Assembly: GCA_022813865.1 (NCBI GenBank)
Contig: JALDZX010000012.1
Coordinates: 248,001 to 312,000 of the forward strand
DNA: 64,000 nucleotides
Source: Xylographa opegraphella
Lineage: Eukaryota
Direction of reading: 5' to 3'
Position numbers and translations under genes: made by a program. Under the pieces are notes generated by a model. It worked only from the letters and a program-made list of their open reading frames with translations, was not told the origin of the DNA and did no database searches. Shown one piece after another: positions 13,141 to 26,142 of the stretch. How positions within the stretch are numbered: the first letter of the stretch is position 1; the number at the start of each line of letters is the position of its first letter.

Positions 13141-14061
13141 AATACTCGCCGCACAGCCAGCAGATTTGCCGATTCCTCCTTCAAGCACATGAATCATTTG
13201 GCCTGACGGCCCAATTCCGCAGCCCTCCAACCCCGTAGGCATGCCCGCATCGTGGCATACGCTGCTCAACGCGCAGAGACCGCACTCCGCTCAACGCCGT
13301 AGCACTGTTCTTACGATAAGCGAACCCCGCTTTGAGCGTTCAGATATGTACGCAGGACTTTTGTATATACTGCGTTAAGGGAGCAAGCTGCGGCGTTGAA
13401 CAGTGAGAGCGAGCAAGCTGAGCAGAAGCGGCATTCATCTGTTCGTAGAATGTAGATTTCCTCACAGAACCGCCTCACAAGCATATATACGATAGGACAT
13501 ATACGTGGATAAGAAACGGAAGTCATACTGACATCAGATATCCGGCTTGTTGAGTGTTGCCTCGAGTACGACCCAAGTAGTTGTAATGGTAACACTCGTA
13601 CGAATATGGTAACCATTATTACGACTATTCTAGACTAGTCGTAACCGCCCATGCTAGCTCACTATCTAGTACTATTCTATGATCTCGACACACGAGAGTT
13701 TAAAGTGCCTCGCGTGCTACCGTAAGTTAACCACAAGCGGGCATACATCCACCGCGACTCGGTTCCCAAAGTAACCCTTGACAACAAGTGATAAGTTGTG
13801 ACAGCTGTGACCTCACCTTGTCTGTCGTTACTGTCTCTGAAACATGTCTACTCGCGTGAATCAACATTATGCATACAGTTGCTAGGTGTCTTCGTCTAGG
13901 ACTACTGAACTAGAATACAGAGCATAAACTCTCCACTTTGGTCGTTGTCTCATGTAGTCTGCCAGTATGCAAGGTTACAGGCCAACTGAGGAAAACAGTG
14001 GTCTATTTCTGGGATCCATAGCCTCACTTGGAGGCCTTCTACTCATTTGAAGCTCCTCAAT

Positions 14062-17000
14062 ATGGCGGAGCTTCTAGCAAACGTTCAGTGAGTTCATCTT
14101 TGATCATTTCGGGTTAACGTTAGTTCTAATACTGTCGCTCACTCTAGGAGCCTTCAGCAGCTTCAACCAAGTGTGCACTGGTTCTGCGATCGTAGGGATA
14201 GCATCCAGAACCACAACACCACTAACTCGGACAACCGAAAGCGTTCGGAGCTTGAGATTTCCTCCCTCGATCGTCGAAGCATCATACTCGAAAGTCTGAA
14301 GCTCTTTGCATATGACAGCCCGGAAATTGCTCCACAGAAGAACGCCCTAGCCCGGGGGATTGATCAACACCTTGAGAAATGCGACGTTTGCATTGTGGAA
14401 TATTACAAGTTGAAGCGCCGGCTGATAGAAAAGTTGCGGGAGTAAGCAGCTACAAGCATGTGAACATACAGTCAAAGACTATTTTCATACTGACACTGCT
14501 TGCAGCGAGTATGAAGATGATGAGGTTGAGAAATTTGGGAACATCTTCCATGAAAGAGACATTAACCGTATAAAAAAGGGCTTGAGTAGTGCAGCTTCCA
14601 AGTTACGAAGTCTTCCTCCCGAAGCACGTGGTAAGGATGCCTTGCAGCCATTTGAGTTGCTGGCAATTTTTGAATCACTAAGCTGCGAGCAATTTCTTGA
14701 AGACCGGGAACTCATCCAGCAGCATTTGGAGGAGCCTTTCAATATGCTTCAGACAAATGTTCGACTACAAGTTACTCACTTTGTGCCAGCAGCCACATTC
14801 TTTCTATTCGACTCCGCCCAGACTCGTTGCTTTTGGGCTATGCACACATGGACAAAATATCGCGCACAGCTTCAGAAAGAAGACTTTGATTTTGCTGTTC
14901 GGGAACCGCTGTCGCGGATTTTAGCGATTGCCTCCAATCCCATTACAGATATGAATTTCGTTCAACGTCTTTGGTGCGGTATACGTCTCATTATCGACAA
15001 GGCAGATTCTGATTTGATTACTCATTCGTTGCGTGCTATGGAATTTGACGTCTGCAGGCTTGCTCTCGAGCATTTAAGATATGACACTGCTGGCCTCAGG
15101 TTCCTGTTGCAGACTGTGGAGAAGCTGCTCAGTAAAGCACCAAATGATTTCTGGGACGCTATGGGCGCTATATCTCCAACCACCTTCATCGAACAAATTT
15201 TCAACAACCCACAATATGATAGGTTTGTAGTAGATGCTCGGGAAAACGAAAAGTACGAATACTCGGCATTGAAAGATATGCTAGCTTGGATACCGCCATT
15301 CATGGCATCCTTGCACACTTCGCATCAACCTTCCGCTTGCCGTTCCTTGACTTTCCAGCTTCTGGACAGGTTGCAAGCGAGTAGATTCCCGGAGTACGCT
15401 AGAATCGAATGTTTTCATGTGGGGCTTGGGGTTCTCACTTGGACACTGGGTAATTGCAATAAAGACAGGAACACATTCGACACTGTTGGTCGTGTAGCGG
15501 CTACCGAGATCCTGACCGTCACTAGCACATACATCAAAGAGATATTGGTTATTCCTGGGCTCCCGCCCGACAATGCCAAGCATATCGCACTCTTGGAGCC
15601 TTGTGTAAGAGTTCTAAAATCTGCTTTAGCGCTGGAATGCAAGTCCCTCAGGACAGATCAAGAGCTACTTCAGAACAATGAACTTCTACCCCATGGCTAT
15701 AGTTCCTATTCTCCTGCGATCTGGGACGCCGTTGTGCGCAACCTTGATCGTGGGAATGTGGAGCTGGCTAAGGCTTCGTTATCAAGTATCAGTGATCTCA
15801 CGGGCCTTGAGAAGTTCCTGACGAAGGGTAGCACAAGTCATCTTAAAGAAAAGAGCGAATTCAATGTTATCTTCGGTCAACTAACGCATCTAGTGTGTCA
15901 AATGTTAGAACGCATCAACGATTTCAACCCCGGAGATCTAGATAAGCTCTTCGAAGTCCCGGAATCTGCAAATGCTTTGGTATCATCGCTTTTCTCAGCT
16001 GATGCTAGTACTTACGAAGCTGGTATGAATCTTATCAAGAGTCTTAGTGGAGAATCAACGAGAAAAGAAGCAATCCGTCACCTCCTATTACCATTCTTCG
16101 AAACCACGCTTAATAGTTTTTCCTGGTCTGTACGACGTATTGCTCACAAAAGAACTTATGCTTCATGTCCAAGGATGCTCAAAACGTGTACTGACGTTCT
16201 CGATATTCTATGCGATGCGCAAGATGGCCTATTACGCAATCGTTCTTTATCTGGTATGGCAGAGATTATGGCTGTGAAGAATTTTTGGGAACACCAGTGG
16301 GAGGCCCTGAGGGTAATTTATGAGATGACTGAAGATTGGAGCCGCCGTATCAATGACTCGGCAGTAATGAAAGACTTTTGCCGAGACACAATGCAATTTT
16401 CCGATCATTTTTTTGATCAATATAGCATTTTTGCAAGTGCGGTCGATGCTGCAACTCATATCAAGCAAGAAGATGGCCTTTCGACAAATCGAGATACTGC
16501 ACAAGAAGATACTGCATACGTAGCCGGCAAAGATCTTTTGAGGTATCCTTCTCTGACTATGCAGGCAATGCTTAAATTCCTTAGACTACGAGATGGGTAC
16601 TTAGCATCGACTTCAGAGATTCTTGTGACTAAAGTGCTTCGACGACTGAGTGAATGGAAGATGAGCTTGCCCGAAGTTGCAAGCGAGTTCCTTGAGCAGA
16701 TCATTACAGGGGGAACTAGGACAATTTTAACTCCCCAGCAAAAGGCTGCCTTAGCCCGAGCACTTGAAGCGAATCTCGGCCGTATTGTATCAGTGGTGGA
16801 TCTTGATATCGACAAATCCGACGTGTCGGGGTCGGCGTCAAATCATAGCTCCTCGCGAGGAAACAACTCTAGGGTGGCGCTCCAAAAGAGGGCAAGTTTC
16901 AAATCTGGCACCATTGATATTGAAGCATGGACTGCAAATGCCAAAAAGCAACGGGATGTCATCGAAGTAATTGACGATGACGAATTCGGTGATTCTGACA

Positions 17001-20000
17001 TTTTGGATGAAGACATTCTCGCCGCGAGCAGCTCTGTCGAGCGATTTAAATTACTACAGCAAGCGAAGCAAAATGTGGAAAAACAGGTATTGCTCAAAGT
17101 TTCCCGGCCAGTAGCTGGCCATAAATCTGTGCAAGATCCCAAACTTCAGATCCAAAAGCAGGCTGCACAGATAGCTTTCCGTGAAAAGCGAGACAAGGAA
17201 AACCAAGCCAAGAAGAAAAGGGATGCAGAGGCACTAGCCAAAGCTAAGAAGAACCTTCAACAAGGCCTCCATGGGCAGGCACCTGGCGAAGGCTCTGCTT
17301 TAAGCAAGCTGAGCATTATAGGTAAAGAACATGCACCCAAAGGTACAGGAATGATGGTATCTTCGGGCTCCGATACGGAGTCCGAGGACGAGCTTGATCA
17401 AGAGCTCTTCGGAGCGTCCACAAAAGCACCAAAGGCTTCCATTGCAAGACAAGAGTACAATGCTAGCAAAGCCCAGCAGGCAAGAGTGCAAGTCCCAGTC
17501 AAAAAGACAAGACAAGCCCGAACGGCCAAAGACATGCGTGCGCGTTTAGCTCCCGATCTATCTGCCTTACACAAGAATATCCTTAGCTGGGATTTTTTCC
17601 ACAACGGGGACTTTCCACCAAACTCGAATAGGGATAATTACAGCCTAGTCACAAGCTCCTTCCGTAATCCAGTCGAATACCAAAATACCTTTGAGCCTTT
17701 GCTGATCTTGGAAGCCTGGCAAGCCTTTCTCAAATCGAAGGAGGAGGGTTATTTCAAAAATTTCGAGATCAAGGTTGCCAATCGCTTGACTGTTGACTCC
17801 TTTATTGAAGTGAGCACTACCATGGACATAGCTGATGGAAAGGCACTAGGAATTAGTGAAGCAGATATCATTTTGCTTTCCAAGGCCAATTCCCCTACCT
17901 CGGATCCGACCCAGCCTCATTGTCTTGCACGTGTCTGGAAGATCAAAAGAAAACAAAAAGTCATGGACGTTTTGTATCGTGTCAGCATAGGAAACACTTT
18001 AGTCACTTCACTTGTGCCAAATGCAAGTATCTTTGGTGTTAAGGTAGCTTCAATCACTCCCCTTGAGCGAGAGTATGGTGCACTTCAAGGGCTCAAATAC
18101 TACGACTTGTGCGATGAAATAGTTAAAGCAAGAGCGTCACCTTTACTCAAGTACACCGAGAAACAAATCGAGCCAGTCATCGCTATCTACAAGGTTAACG
18201 CTGCGCAAGCAAAAGCCGTCAAATCAGCCATCGATAATGACGCTTTTACCTTGATTCAAGGGTATGTAAACCCGCACACATCTGCTCAAGCAATCATATA
18301 CTGACTTGTTATAAAATGAAAGCCCACCAGGGTCCGGTAAAACCAAGACAATCGTCGCCATCGTAGGTGCTCTTCTCACAAGTTCTCTTCGTGATATTGG
18401 CGGTGTAAAGATTGCACGTCCTCAACAGACTAGCGGAGTCAACCCAATCCGGCCTTCTCTAACTCCATCCAGAAAGTTACTTGTATGCGCACCAAGTAAT
18501 GCTGCTGTGGATGAGCTAGTGATGCGTTTCAAAAGCGGCGTGACAACGCTCGATGGTGAATTTCACAAGCTGTCAATAATAAGACTGGGACGGAGTGACA
18601 ACATCAATGCAAATGTGCTGGATGTCACACTCGACGAATTGGTGAATGCGCGTCTGAATATTGCGGCTGGAACGAAGACAGGACAAATCGATGATGTGGG
18701 CAAGCTCATGCTGGACCATAAATCCACTTGTGAGGAGTTGAATGCTCTGATGAAAGTGTTAGATGAGTCAAAGTCCAAGGGACAAGGTCAGACTCCGGAA
18801 CAGTCTCGGAATTTTGAACTCTTGAAACGCAAGAAGCAGCAAATCAGCAATCAAATTGACTTGTTGCGGGACAATGGACACACTGCAGCTAGAGATGCCG
18901 ATATTAGACGACACAAGGTACAGCAAGATATACTCGATGGCGCACATGTGCTTTGCGCAACCCTTAGCGGAAGTGGGCACGACATGTTCCAAAACCTCAA
19001 CATTGAATTTGAGACTGTCATTATTGACGAAGCTGCTCAATCGATTGAGCTTAGTGCACTGATTCCGCTCAAATATGGGTGCGCCAAGTGTATTATGGTG
19101 GGCGACCCTAAACAATTACCGCCAACAGTGCTCTCGAGAGAAGCGGCCCGGTTCCAATACGAGCAGAGTCTTTTCGTCCGCATGCAAAGCAACCGTCCCG
19201 AAGATGTTCATCTTCTCGATACCCAGTACCGCATGCATCCGGAGATTAGTCTGTTCCCTAGTCAAGCATTCTACGACGGAAGGTTGTTGGATGGCCAAGG
19301 TATGGCTTCTTTGCGAGATCAGCCATGGCATAAGAGCAAGATATTGAGTCCCTACCGGTTCTTCGATGTGCAAGGCGCCCACCAAAGTGCCCCAAAAGGT
19401 CACTCTTTGATCAACGTTGCTGAACTTGAGGTTGCTTTACAGCTGTTCGATCGATTAACCACCGACTGCAAAGGCTACGACTTTACTGGTAAGGTGGGCA
19501 TAATCACTCCATACAAAAGCCAGCTTGTCGAGCTGCGTGCACGCTTTGCAAGCAAGTATGGTAACTCAATTTTCAAGATGGTAGAGTTCAATACTACCGA
19601 TGCTTTTCAGGGCCGCGAGAGCGAAATAATAATATTCTCGTGTGTTCGAGCATCTGGTGGGAAAGGCATTGGCTTTCTATCTGACATACGAAGGATGAAT
19701 GTTGGGATCACCCGTGCTAAATCATCTCTGTGGGTCCTTGGTAATTCTCAATCATTGATGCAGGGTGAATTCTGGGCGAAACTCATTGAAGACGCCAGGA
19801 GGAGGGACCGATATACGCAAGGTGACATCTTGGGGATGCTGAAGACGCCTGTAATGGCCGAGACTGAGCCACGAAGGGGACCGGCCGAGCCTTTGGAGCC
19901 TCGCGTCCAGGACGAAGATGTCGAAATGATTGACGCACCAATAGCGAGTGGCTTCATAGCTCCGGAGTCTCAAGGGGCGAATCTATCCATTGGAGAAATG

Positions 20001-21081
20001 ACAAGACCCGAGTTCAAAAGTCGACGACTTCCTAGCAACATGAACCACGAGAACTCGGACCCAGAGCACAGCCAAGCTGAGTATCGTCCTTCCGGGGGCA
20101 ATGGGTTCAATGAGCAATCCATGTGTGATTGGTGTGGCTCGTACAAGCACATGTCGTTCGCCTGCGATAATATGGAGGCTACAAGGTTCAAACACGGTTG
20201 TTATCGATGCCAAAGTAAAGATCACGGTATCAACCAATGTCGAGAAAATCGTTGCATTGAATGTGGTAAATTTGGGCATCTACGGGAAACTTGTGCAAGT
20301 ACAAAGGTTCTCTCGAAGTTGGAGAAAGTTAGCCTTGCCAAAAGCGAAATGGCGCACAAGACAAGACTCCAAGGGCAAGCACGATTTCAGCAACAGCGAC
20401 AGCTCGGAAACCACGACAAGGCAGTACCTGTTGTTAAACCCACAAGAAGAACCCCGTCACCACAGTCACAGGCACGAAAGGGCACAAAAAATCTAATAGG
20501 TAACGCTCAAAAGAGGAAACGAGAATCTTCTCCACCATCACATGCGCCTAAAGATTCAATGACAACATCTGGAAGCCTCAGTCATGCTGGAGTTAATGAT
20601 CCCACAATTTCGGTCAACAATAGACATCGAAATCACATCACCCCTATTAATTATACACGCACAAATGGTACAGGTTACAGGGCCTCGATAGCCCAGGAGA
20701 ACAAGGGACCGCGTTCACAGGCGTCAAATATAGCTCGAAATGGTCCGGCCCGAATTGGTCCTGCTCGAAATGGTCCGACTCCGGATATCAGAGATGCAGG
20801 AGAATATCGAGGATCTTCTGGAGTCACTAAGGTATTTAGTTTATCGACGCCTCCGAGCTACAATCACTCTGTTTTGAGTCACTCACTTACGCTTCTAGAT
20901 TCCTCAGTCACAGGTGGAGAATGCGAGACCACTAGATGTCATTACTGCGACAACCATTCAGCCGACAGACCAAAATACTGGGCCGCCCGCGGGTTCTTTA
21001 CCAAGATTTGGTCCGCCACCGCAAATGCGGAGAAAGAAGCCAGCCGATCCCTTTATCCGACCCAAGCAGCGTCGTGTCTGA
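14062..21081 (+). CDS. SEN1: Sen1 / senataxin SF1 (Upf1-like) RNA-DNA helicase
   Basis: Sen1 N-terminal region, LIQG|PPGSGKT, CAPSNAAVDE, IIDEAAQ, GDPKQLPP, QYRMHP, FQGRE, RRMNVGITRA. Introns about 14088-14147, 14441-14505, 18262-18322 and 20832-20898; C-terminus RRKKPADPFIRPKQRRV. Confidence 0.95.
20733..20777 (+). repeat. Three 15-bp tandem coding repeats (ARNGP/ARIGP/ARNGP) in the SEN1 tail
   Basis: GCTCGAAATGGTCCG GCCCGAATTGGTCCT GCTCGAAATGGTCCG. Confidence 0.8.
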
Positions 21082-21570
21082 TGATATCAGTTCACCAAAT
21101 ATACCGCATAGTATGCTTCCTTTGATTTAGCGTAGCATTATGGGTTTTGGGTGTATAGGAAAGCCATCGGCTTTGCCTCATATTCTGGGGGGTCACATAA
21201 GTTGCGGCGTTTGGACGACTGATAGACCCAAAAGTGTCAGAACTGTAAAGGTGACGGTCTGGGTAAGGTACAACGAGTAAAATAAAGACAAGGAAAGAGG
21301 TCGGGCTATAGAGGCTCCCTAATCGGAGCCGACGTAATGAATCGATTGATCGATAATACTCAGAGCTATATTTATGTTTTGCATAGCGAGATCCCAGCAA
21401 AGCATTTACAGTTACAGCCATGTCACGTGACTATGATGTATTTAGTTAAACTCTACGGAGTACCACTCGACCGAAAATGTATCGGAGTCGAAAATAGCCT
21501 ATTCATTTGCCCTTCTTCCAGGTCCACGGACTGTCGCGGACGTCTCACAGCTACCAGTCTAGGCTTAAAA

Positions 21571-23359
21571 ATGAGACAGTTGCACGGTGCCAACATATCA
21601 GCGCCCTCGTCATCATTGCTGCGTTTCTTGAGGTCTCAAGCCGAGAATTTTTGCTACTTCACTTCGACTACTCCTGAACCACAAAGCGCATTACCCGCAC
21701 AAAGATTGAGACGAACTACGGCTGTCTTTATAAAATCCTGTTCAAAGCAAATCAGACATTTTCATTCCTGTCCGCGACCGTCCGCGAGTGTAGAATCGTC
21801 GCTGATTGGTCTTAATTTTTGGCAGCATAGGCGGAAGCAAGATATAGATTCTGCAGCTCGTATTGCTACCCCGGCAAAGACAGCGGGGAATACAAACCTT
21901 TCATTGCACGGACCAAGCAGTACACTGCGATTTGCATCAAGTGACAACCGACCAATCTTTCAAAAACTATGGACCATCAAGCGACAGAAGGCTGGGAACT
22001 GTCCGAATGATCTACCTCCACTCCCTCACTACATAGGGGATGCCCACGGGCCTGCATTGGGATTTACCTCGGGTAAAGCCTCCAACGAGCTGAAGCTGCG
22101 CTGTACGGAATTCGACGAGAATGGGAACGTGACACACGTAAACGGGGAATTCAAGAAGTCAGAGCTGATAGCAATGGTATTGCAGTCCTTGCGGCGCCTA
22201 TTTTCTGGGATTTTTATCTAACTGCTTGTCTTGGCTCCTAGTATGGCCTTCTACCCCGAGATCTCAGGAAAATCGACTCATCGCTCGTTCCCCACATTCT
22301 CATCCGTCCTTCCGCTATTCTCATAAATCTCCTCCACCTCCGCTGCCTAATTAAGGCTAATCGTGTATTGCTCTTCGATGCCTACGGTTCCAGCGACTCC
22401 TACACACAATCCGTTTTCATTTATGACCTCCAAGGTAAACTACGTCAAAAGCAGAGTTCCCCACAAGCTGGTGGCCTTCCGTATGAATTCAGGGCACTGG
22501 AAGCTGTACTCATTAGTGTTACAAGTGGCTTAGAGACCGAATTCGAAGGTGTTCGGGAGCCGGTGGTTCGCGTTCTCCGGGAGCTGGAAGAAGATATTGA
22601 TAGGGACAAACTGCGACACTTGCTTATCTACTCGAAAAAGCTCGGCACGTTTGAGCAGAAAGCTCGTTTGGTACGGGACGCGATCGACGAATTATTGGAC
22701 CAGGATGACGATTTGGCGGCCATGTATTTGACGGAGCGTGCGCAAGGGAAAGTCCGAGTTGAGGAAGAACACACCGAAGTGGAGATGCTCCTAGAATCAT
22801 ACCACAAAGTCTGCGACGAGATAGTACAAGCCAGCGGGAATTTGGTTAGCAGCATTCGTAATACGGAGGAAATGCAAGTCCTCCATACTCTATTCTAAAG
22901 TACTAAACTAATCCTAGCTTCAGTGTGAAAGCTATTCTCGACGCCAATCGCAACTCCCTCATGCTCCTCGACCTTAAATTCTCCATCGGCACCCTCGGCA
23001 TCGGCGGCGGCGCTTTCGTTGCCTCTCTTTATGGCATGAATCTCAAGAACTTCCTTGAAGAATCCGACTACGGCTTCTTTGCCATCAGCGGATCATCCTT
23101 CGTCATTGCGGCAATCGTATGTGGCTACGGGCTTACAAAGCTACGTAAGCTGCAGCGCGTAAGCATGTGGGGTGAGCAGGGTCACAAAAACAGAGGCAGC
23201 TGGCGGGACGTGGATCCTATGCCTGCTTTACCGGGCGAGACGCGCATGGAAAGGCTGAAGCGGCTAAAAAACGCCAGGCATGAGGCGATGCGGCATGCTG
23301 GGAATGTAGACTTGGAGGGCATGGAGCTTGGAGTGCCGGCGCTGAAGGCAAGGAAGTAA
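21571..23359 (+). CDS. MRS2: Mitochondrial CorA-family Mg2+ transporter Mrs2/Lpe10
   Basis: LRCTEFDENG, YGLLPRDLRKID, LPYEFRALE, LDANRNSLM, YGMNL (GMN motif). Introns 22177-22241 and 22874-22923. Confidence 0.93.
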
Positions 23360-23699
23360 GATGGAATGAGGTAGGCGGAATGTCTGATTAGACGATGGGA
23401 TCTGTACTTTATCAAGGGTACCACATCCACTCCTGGCACTTAGGGGTTGATCATAGTCTACGCCTTAATGTCTAAATATGTCACCTGACCTTGACGCCAC
23501 GGCATAACCGTTGACTGTCATCTGTGGTCATAAAACTGATAGCTCAGCATCACACGCTGCGGCAGTATTGCATCTCGCCAAGACCAGCTCGGCAAAGGGT
23601 CGAAGCTTCATCAGCAAGCCCCTTGATCCTTCCCACCACCTTCTCCCGCCACCCCACACCCCGACTCCGCTCCCGCGCTCCCAAATCCCTTGCCAACCC

Positions 23700-24571
23700 T
23701 CACGGCGGGATCTCCTCCCCCTTCCAATCCCAACAGCGCCCCCTCCCCTCGACCCCCACACCCCGCACCACCTCCACCAGCTTCCCCGCCGCCCACTCCG
23801 GCTCGAACAGCTTCTCCGGCGGCGTGCTCTTCCAGAAATCGCGACTCAAGCCCGTGCGCACGGTGCCCGGGTGCAGACCCAGACACAGCGCCTTGGCGCC
23901 CGCGCTCTGCCGCAGGTAGATGTCGAAGCTGCGCACGAGCTGGTTGACGGCGGCCTTGGAGGCGCGGTACGAGTACCACCCGCCGGCGGCGTTGTCGGCG
24001 ATGGAGCCCACGCGCGCGGACATCAGCGCGAAGGTGGCGGCCGCCGGGAGCGCGGTGGCGGTTGGGCTGGTGGGGGGCGCGCTGTAGAGGGTGGTGGCCT
24101 TGCGTGGCAGGAAGTGGAGGAAGTGTTTCGCCAGCAGCATGGGGCCTAGCGTGTTCGTCTGCAGCGTCTGCAGCGCAGTCGCGTACTCGATCTGCGACGG
24201 CGCTTTTTCCGGGTGCAGGATCCCCGGCGTGCAGAAGGCGAGGTGGAGGTAGGTGTCCGAGAAGCGGGCGCGGCAGTGGGCGGCTGCGTGGGCGATGGTG
24301 CTTTCGTCTGGAGGGGGAGGGAGGAAGGTCAGCGGGGTGCAAGGAGGGGGGAGAGGAGAGAGAGGGAAAGGGAACCGGTGACGTCCAGCTGAAGGATTTC
24401 GAGGCGGTGAGGGTCGACGTCGAGGCCGTCGAGGATGCGGGCCCGCGCGCCGTCGAGGTCGGTGCGCGCGGTGGCGATGATGGGGAGGGGCGTGGTGCGC
24501 AGGAGGTGGCGCGTGAGGTGCAGCCCGATGCCGCGGGAGGCGGGGGAGGTGAAGATCCACGGAGGAGGCAT
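23700..24571 (-). CDS. Short-chain dehydrogenase/reductase, C-factor (CsgA)-like
   Basis: SPASRGIG, SARVGSIADN, WYSYRASKAAVN (YxxxK), LHPGTVRTGLS; intron 24308-24375. Confidence 0.9.
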
Positions 24572-25029
24572 GGTGGGCCTGTGGAGGTGGATGGGGCGGA
24601 GCGGAGGGATGGTGGGTTGGGGAGCGCTGTTGGTTACTTTGGTGTTGAAGGACGGAATGACGTCCGCGATCTGCCTCGATGAGATCTGGAGATACGCTAA
24701 CGGGTAAGCGGGGTGCTTATGGGCCTTAAGGTTCGCTGGACGGCGGGGCCTAGGGAGCTTGGCTCGCGGGAAGACTCCACGTGAGTCGTATAAAATTGCT
24801 GCAGACAGTAACCCAATCAATATGAGAGGATTTGAAATTCAATCGTTGAGATAATGCTGCCGTACAAGGTCCACTCCGATGGACGAAAGCATCATGGGGT
24901 TCCTGAACTCGTGTAACACGTCAACAGCCGCAGTACTCCGTCCAACTATCCCCAAAATCGCACCGATCCTCCATCCTCGTCCTTACGCACACGCACACGC
25001 ATGAAACATCACAACACCCGGACGACTCC

Positions 25030-26142
25030 CTACGCATACTGAACATGCGAACTCGGTCCCGGCCTCAAATGCCCCGTAAAGATTTGCGTCATCTGCGCTC
25101 TTGCCGTGTGAGTGTCGACCGTCTTGCGTGGCCACGTCCCACACGTCACGAATCGCCCAACCTGGGCCGGCTTCCACCACGTCGCCATCATCGTCAGTAG
25201 AGCGGCGCCAAATGCACAGCCGATTGCCAGGCCGATCTCGGCGCCTACGCTCAGACCTGAGCCGCTGCCGCTACCGCTGCCACTGGAGCTGGAGCTGGAG
25301 CTGCCGGACCCAGATGTGGGAGGATTGGCGGTGGGAGAAGTGGACGAGCCGCTTTGGGCGCCTGTGGCGGTGTCTGGAACACAATGATTAGTACGACGAT
25401 TCAGAAAAGCGGAGAGACGCTTACTCATAGGCGTGGTGGCCGTAGCTGAGGGCGCTGCTGAGGATGCCGCGGCTCCTGTGGGCGCACTGCCTGACTCAGT
25501 GACTGCGGCATCGATCGATCTGGTCGCACTGGTGGCGAGATTGGCGGCGCAGTATGAGCTCCAAAGCTCAGTGATGGTGCTGGCTGAGAACTGTGACGAA
25601 ATCACTGCCTCACTCGCGCACGAGAACATAGCGCTTTGAATCATGATTGAGCTCTGACTGGTCCCACAAAGACATGCCGCGGGCGTGTAGAAGTCACATC
25701 CGAAAGCCGTGCTGAAGGATGAAGAAAGACTCGTGGCACAGAACGCAAGTTCCCATTGTGCTCGGCTGTAGAGAGGGAAATCTTGGAGAAGGGTTTGGTC
25801 ACGGGCGGATATGCCCGCGTTTGTAAGGCAGTACGAGGCGAAAATCTGCGTAGCAGTGATGAATTCAGAGCGGCCTGAGGACCAATCGACCACTCCGCCA
25901 ATGCAATCACTGATGGCGCTGGCGACGCGGTAAGAACTGCTGGCATCGGAGCAGAGGCACCCAGCCGGGTTCGTCACGGTACAGCCGTAGCTACTAATGT
26001 AATCGGAATGTTGCGTCGATACGCACAAACGGACATCGAGGGTGGCTTCGCTGTAGAGGGGAAGGTCGGTAATCGCGATTTGGTCTGCATGGACAGAGAG
26101 ACAGTAAAAGAGCGCGACAAAGAGAACTCTCAGAAGAAACAT
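25030..26142 (-). CDS. Single-pass membrane protein: signal peptide, two Cys-rich (CFEM-like) repeats, Ser/Gly stalk, TM helix, short cytoplasmic tail
   Basis: Signal MFLLRVLFVALFYCLSVHA; repeats D.PLYS.A...C...GC....PA.CLC...C...SYC occur twice; TM GLSVGAEIGLAIGCAFGAALLTMMATWW; probable 51-nt in-frame intron 25374-25424. Confidence 0.75.
   Translation of the reverse strand: MFLLRVLFVALFYCLSVHADQIAITDLPLYSEATLDVRLCVSTQHSDYISSYGCTVTNPAGCLCSDASSSYRVASAISDCIGGVVDWSSGRSEFITATQIFASYCLTNAGISARDQTLLQDFPLYSRAQWELAFCATSLSSSFSTAFGCDFYTPAACLCGTSQSSIMIQSAMFSCASEAVISSQFSASTITELWSSYCAANLATSATRSIDAAVTESGSAPTGAAASSAAPSATATTPMSKRLSAFLNRRTNHCVPDTATGAQSGSSTSPTANPPTSGSGSSSSSSSGSGSGSGSGLSVGAEIGLAIGCAFGAALLTMMATWWKPAQVGRFVTCGTWPRKTVDTHTARAQMTQIFTGHLRPGPSSHVQYA

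Noticed and set aside
23511..24820. Many long overlapping ORFs on both strands
   Set aside because: Stop-codon scarcity in high-GC DNA; only the SDR frame has family motifs.
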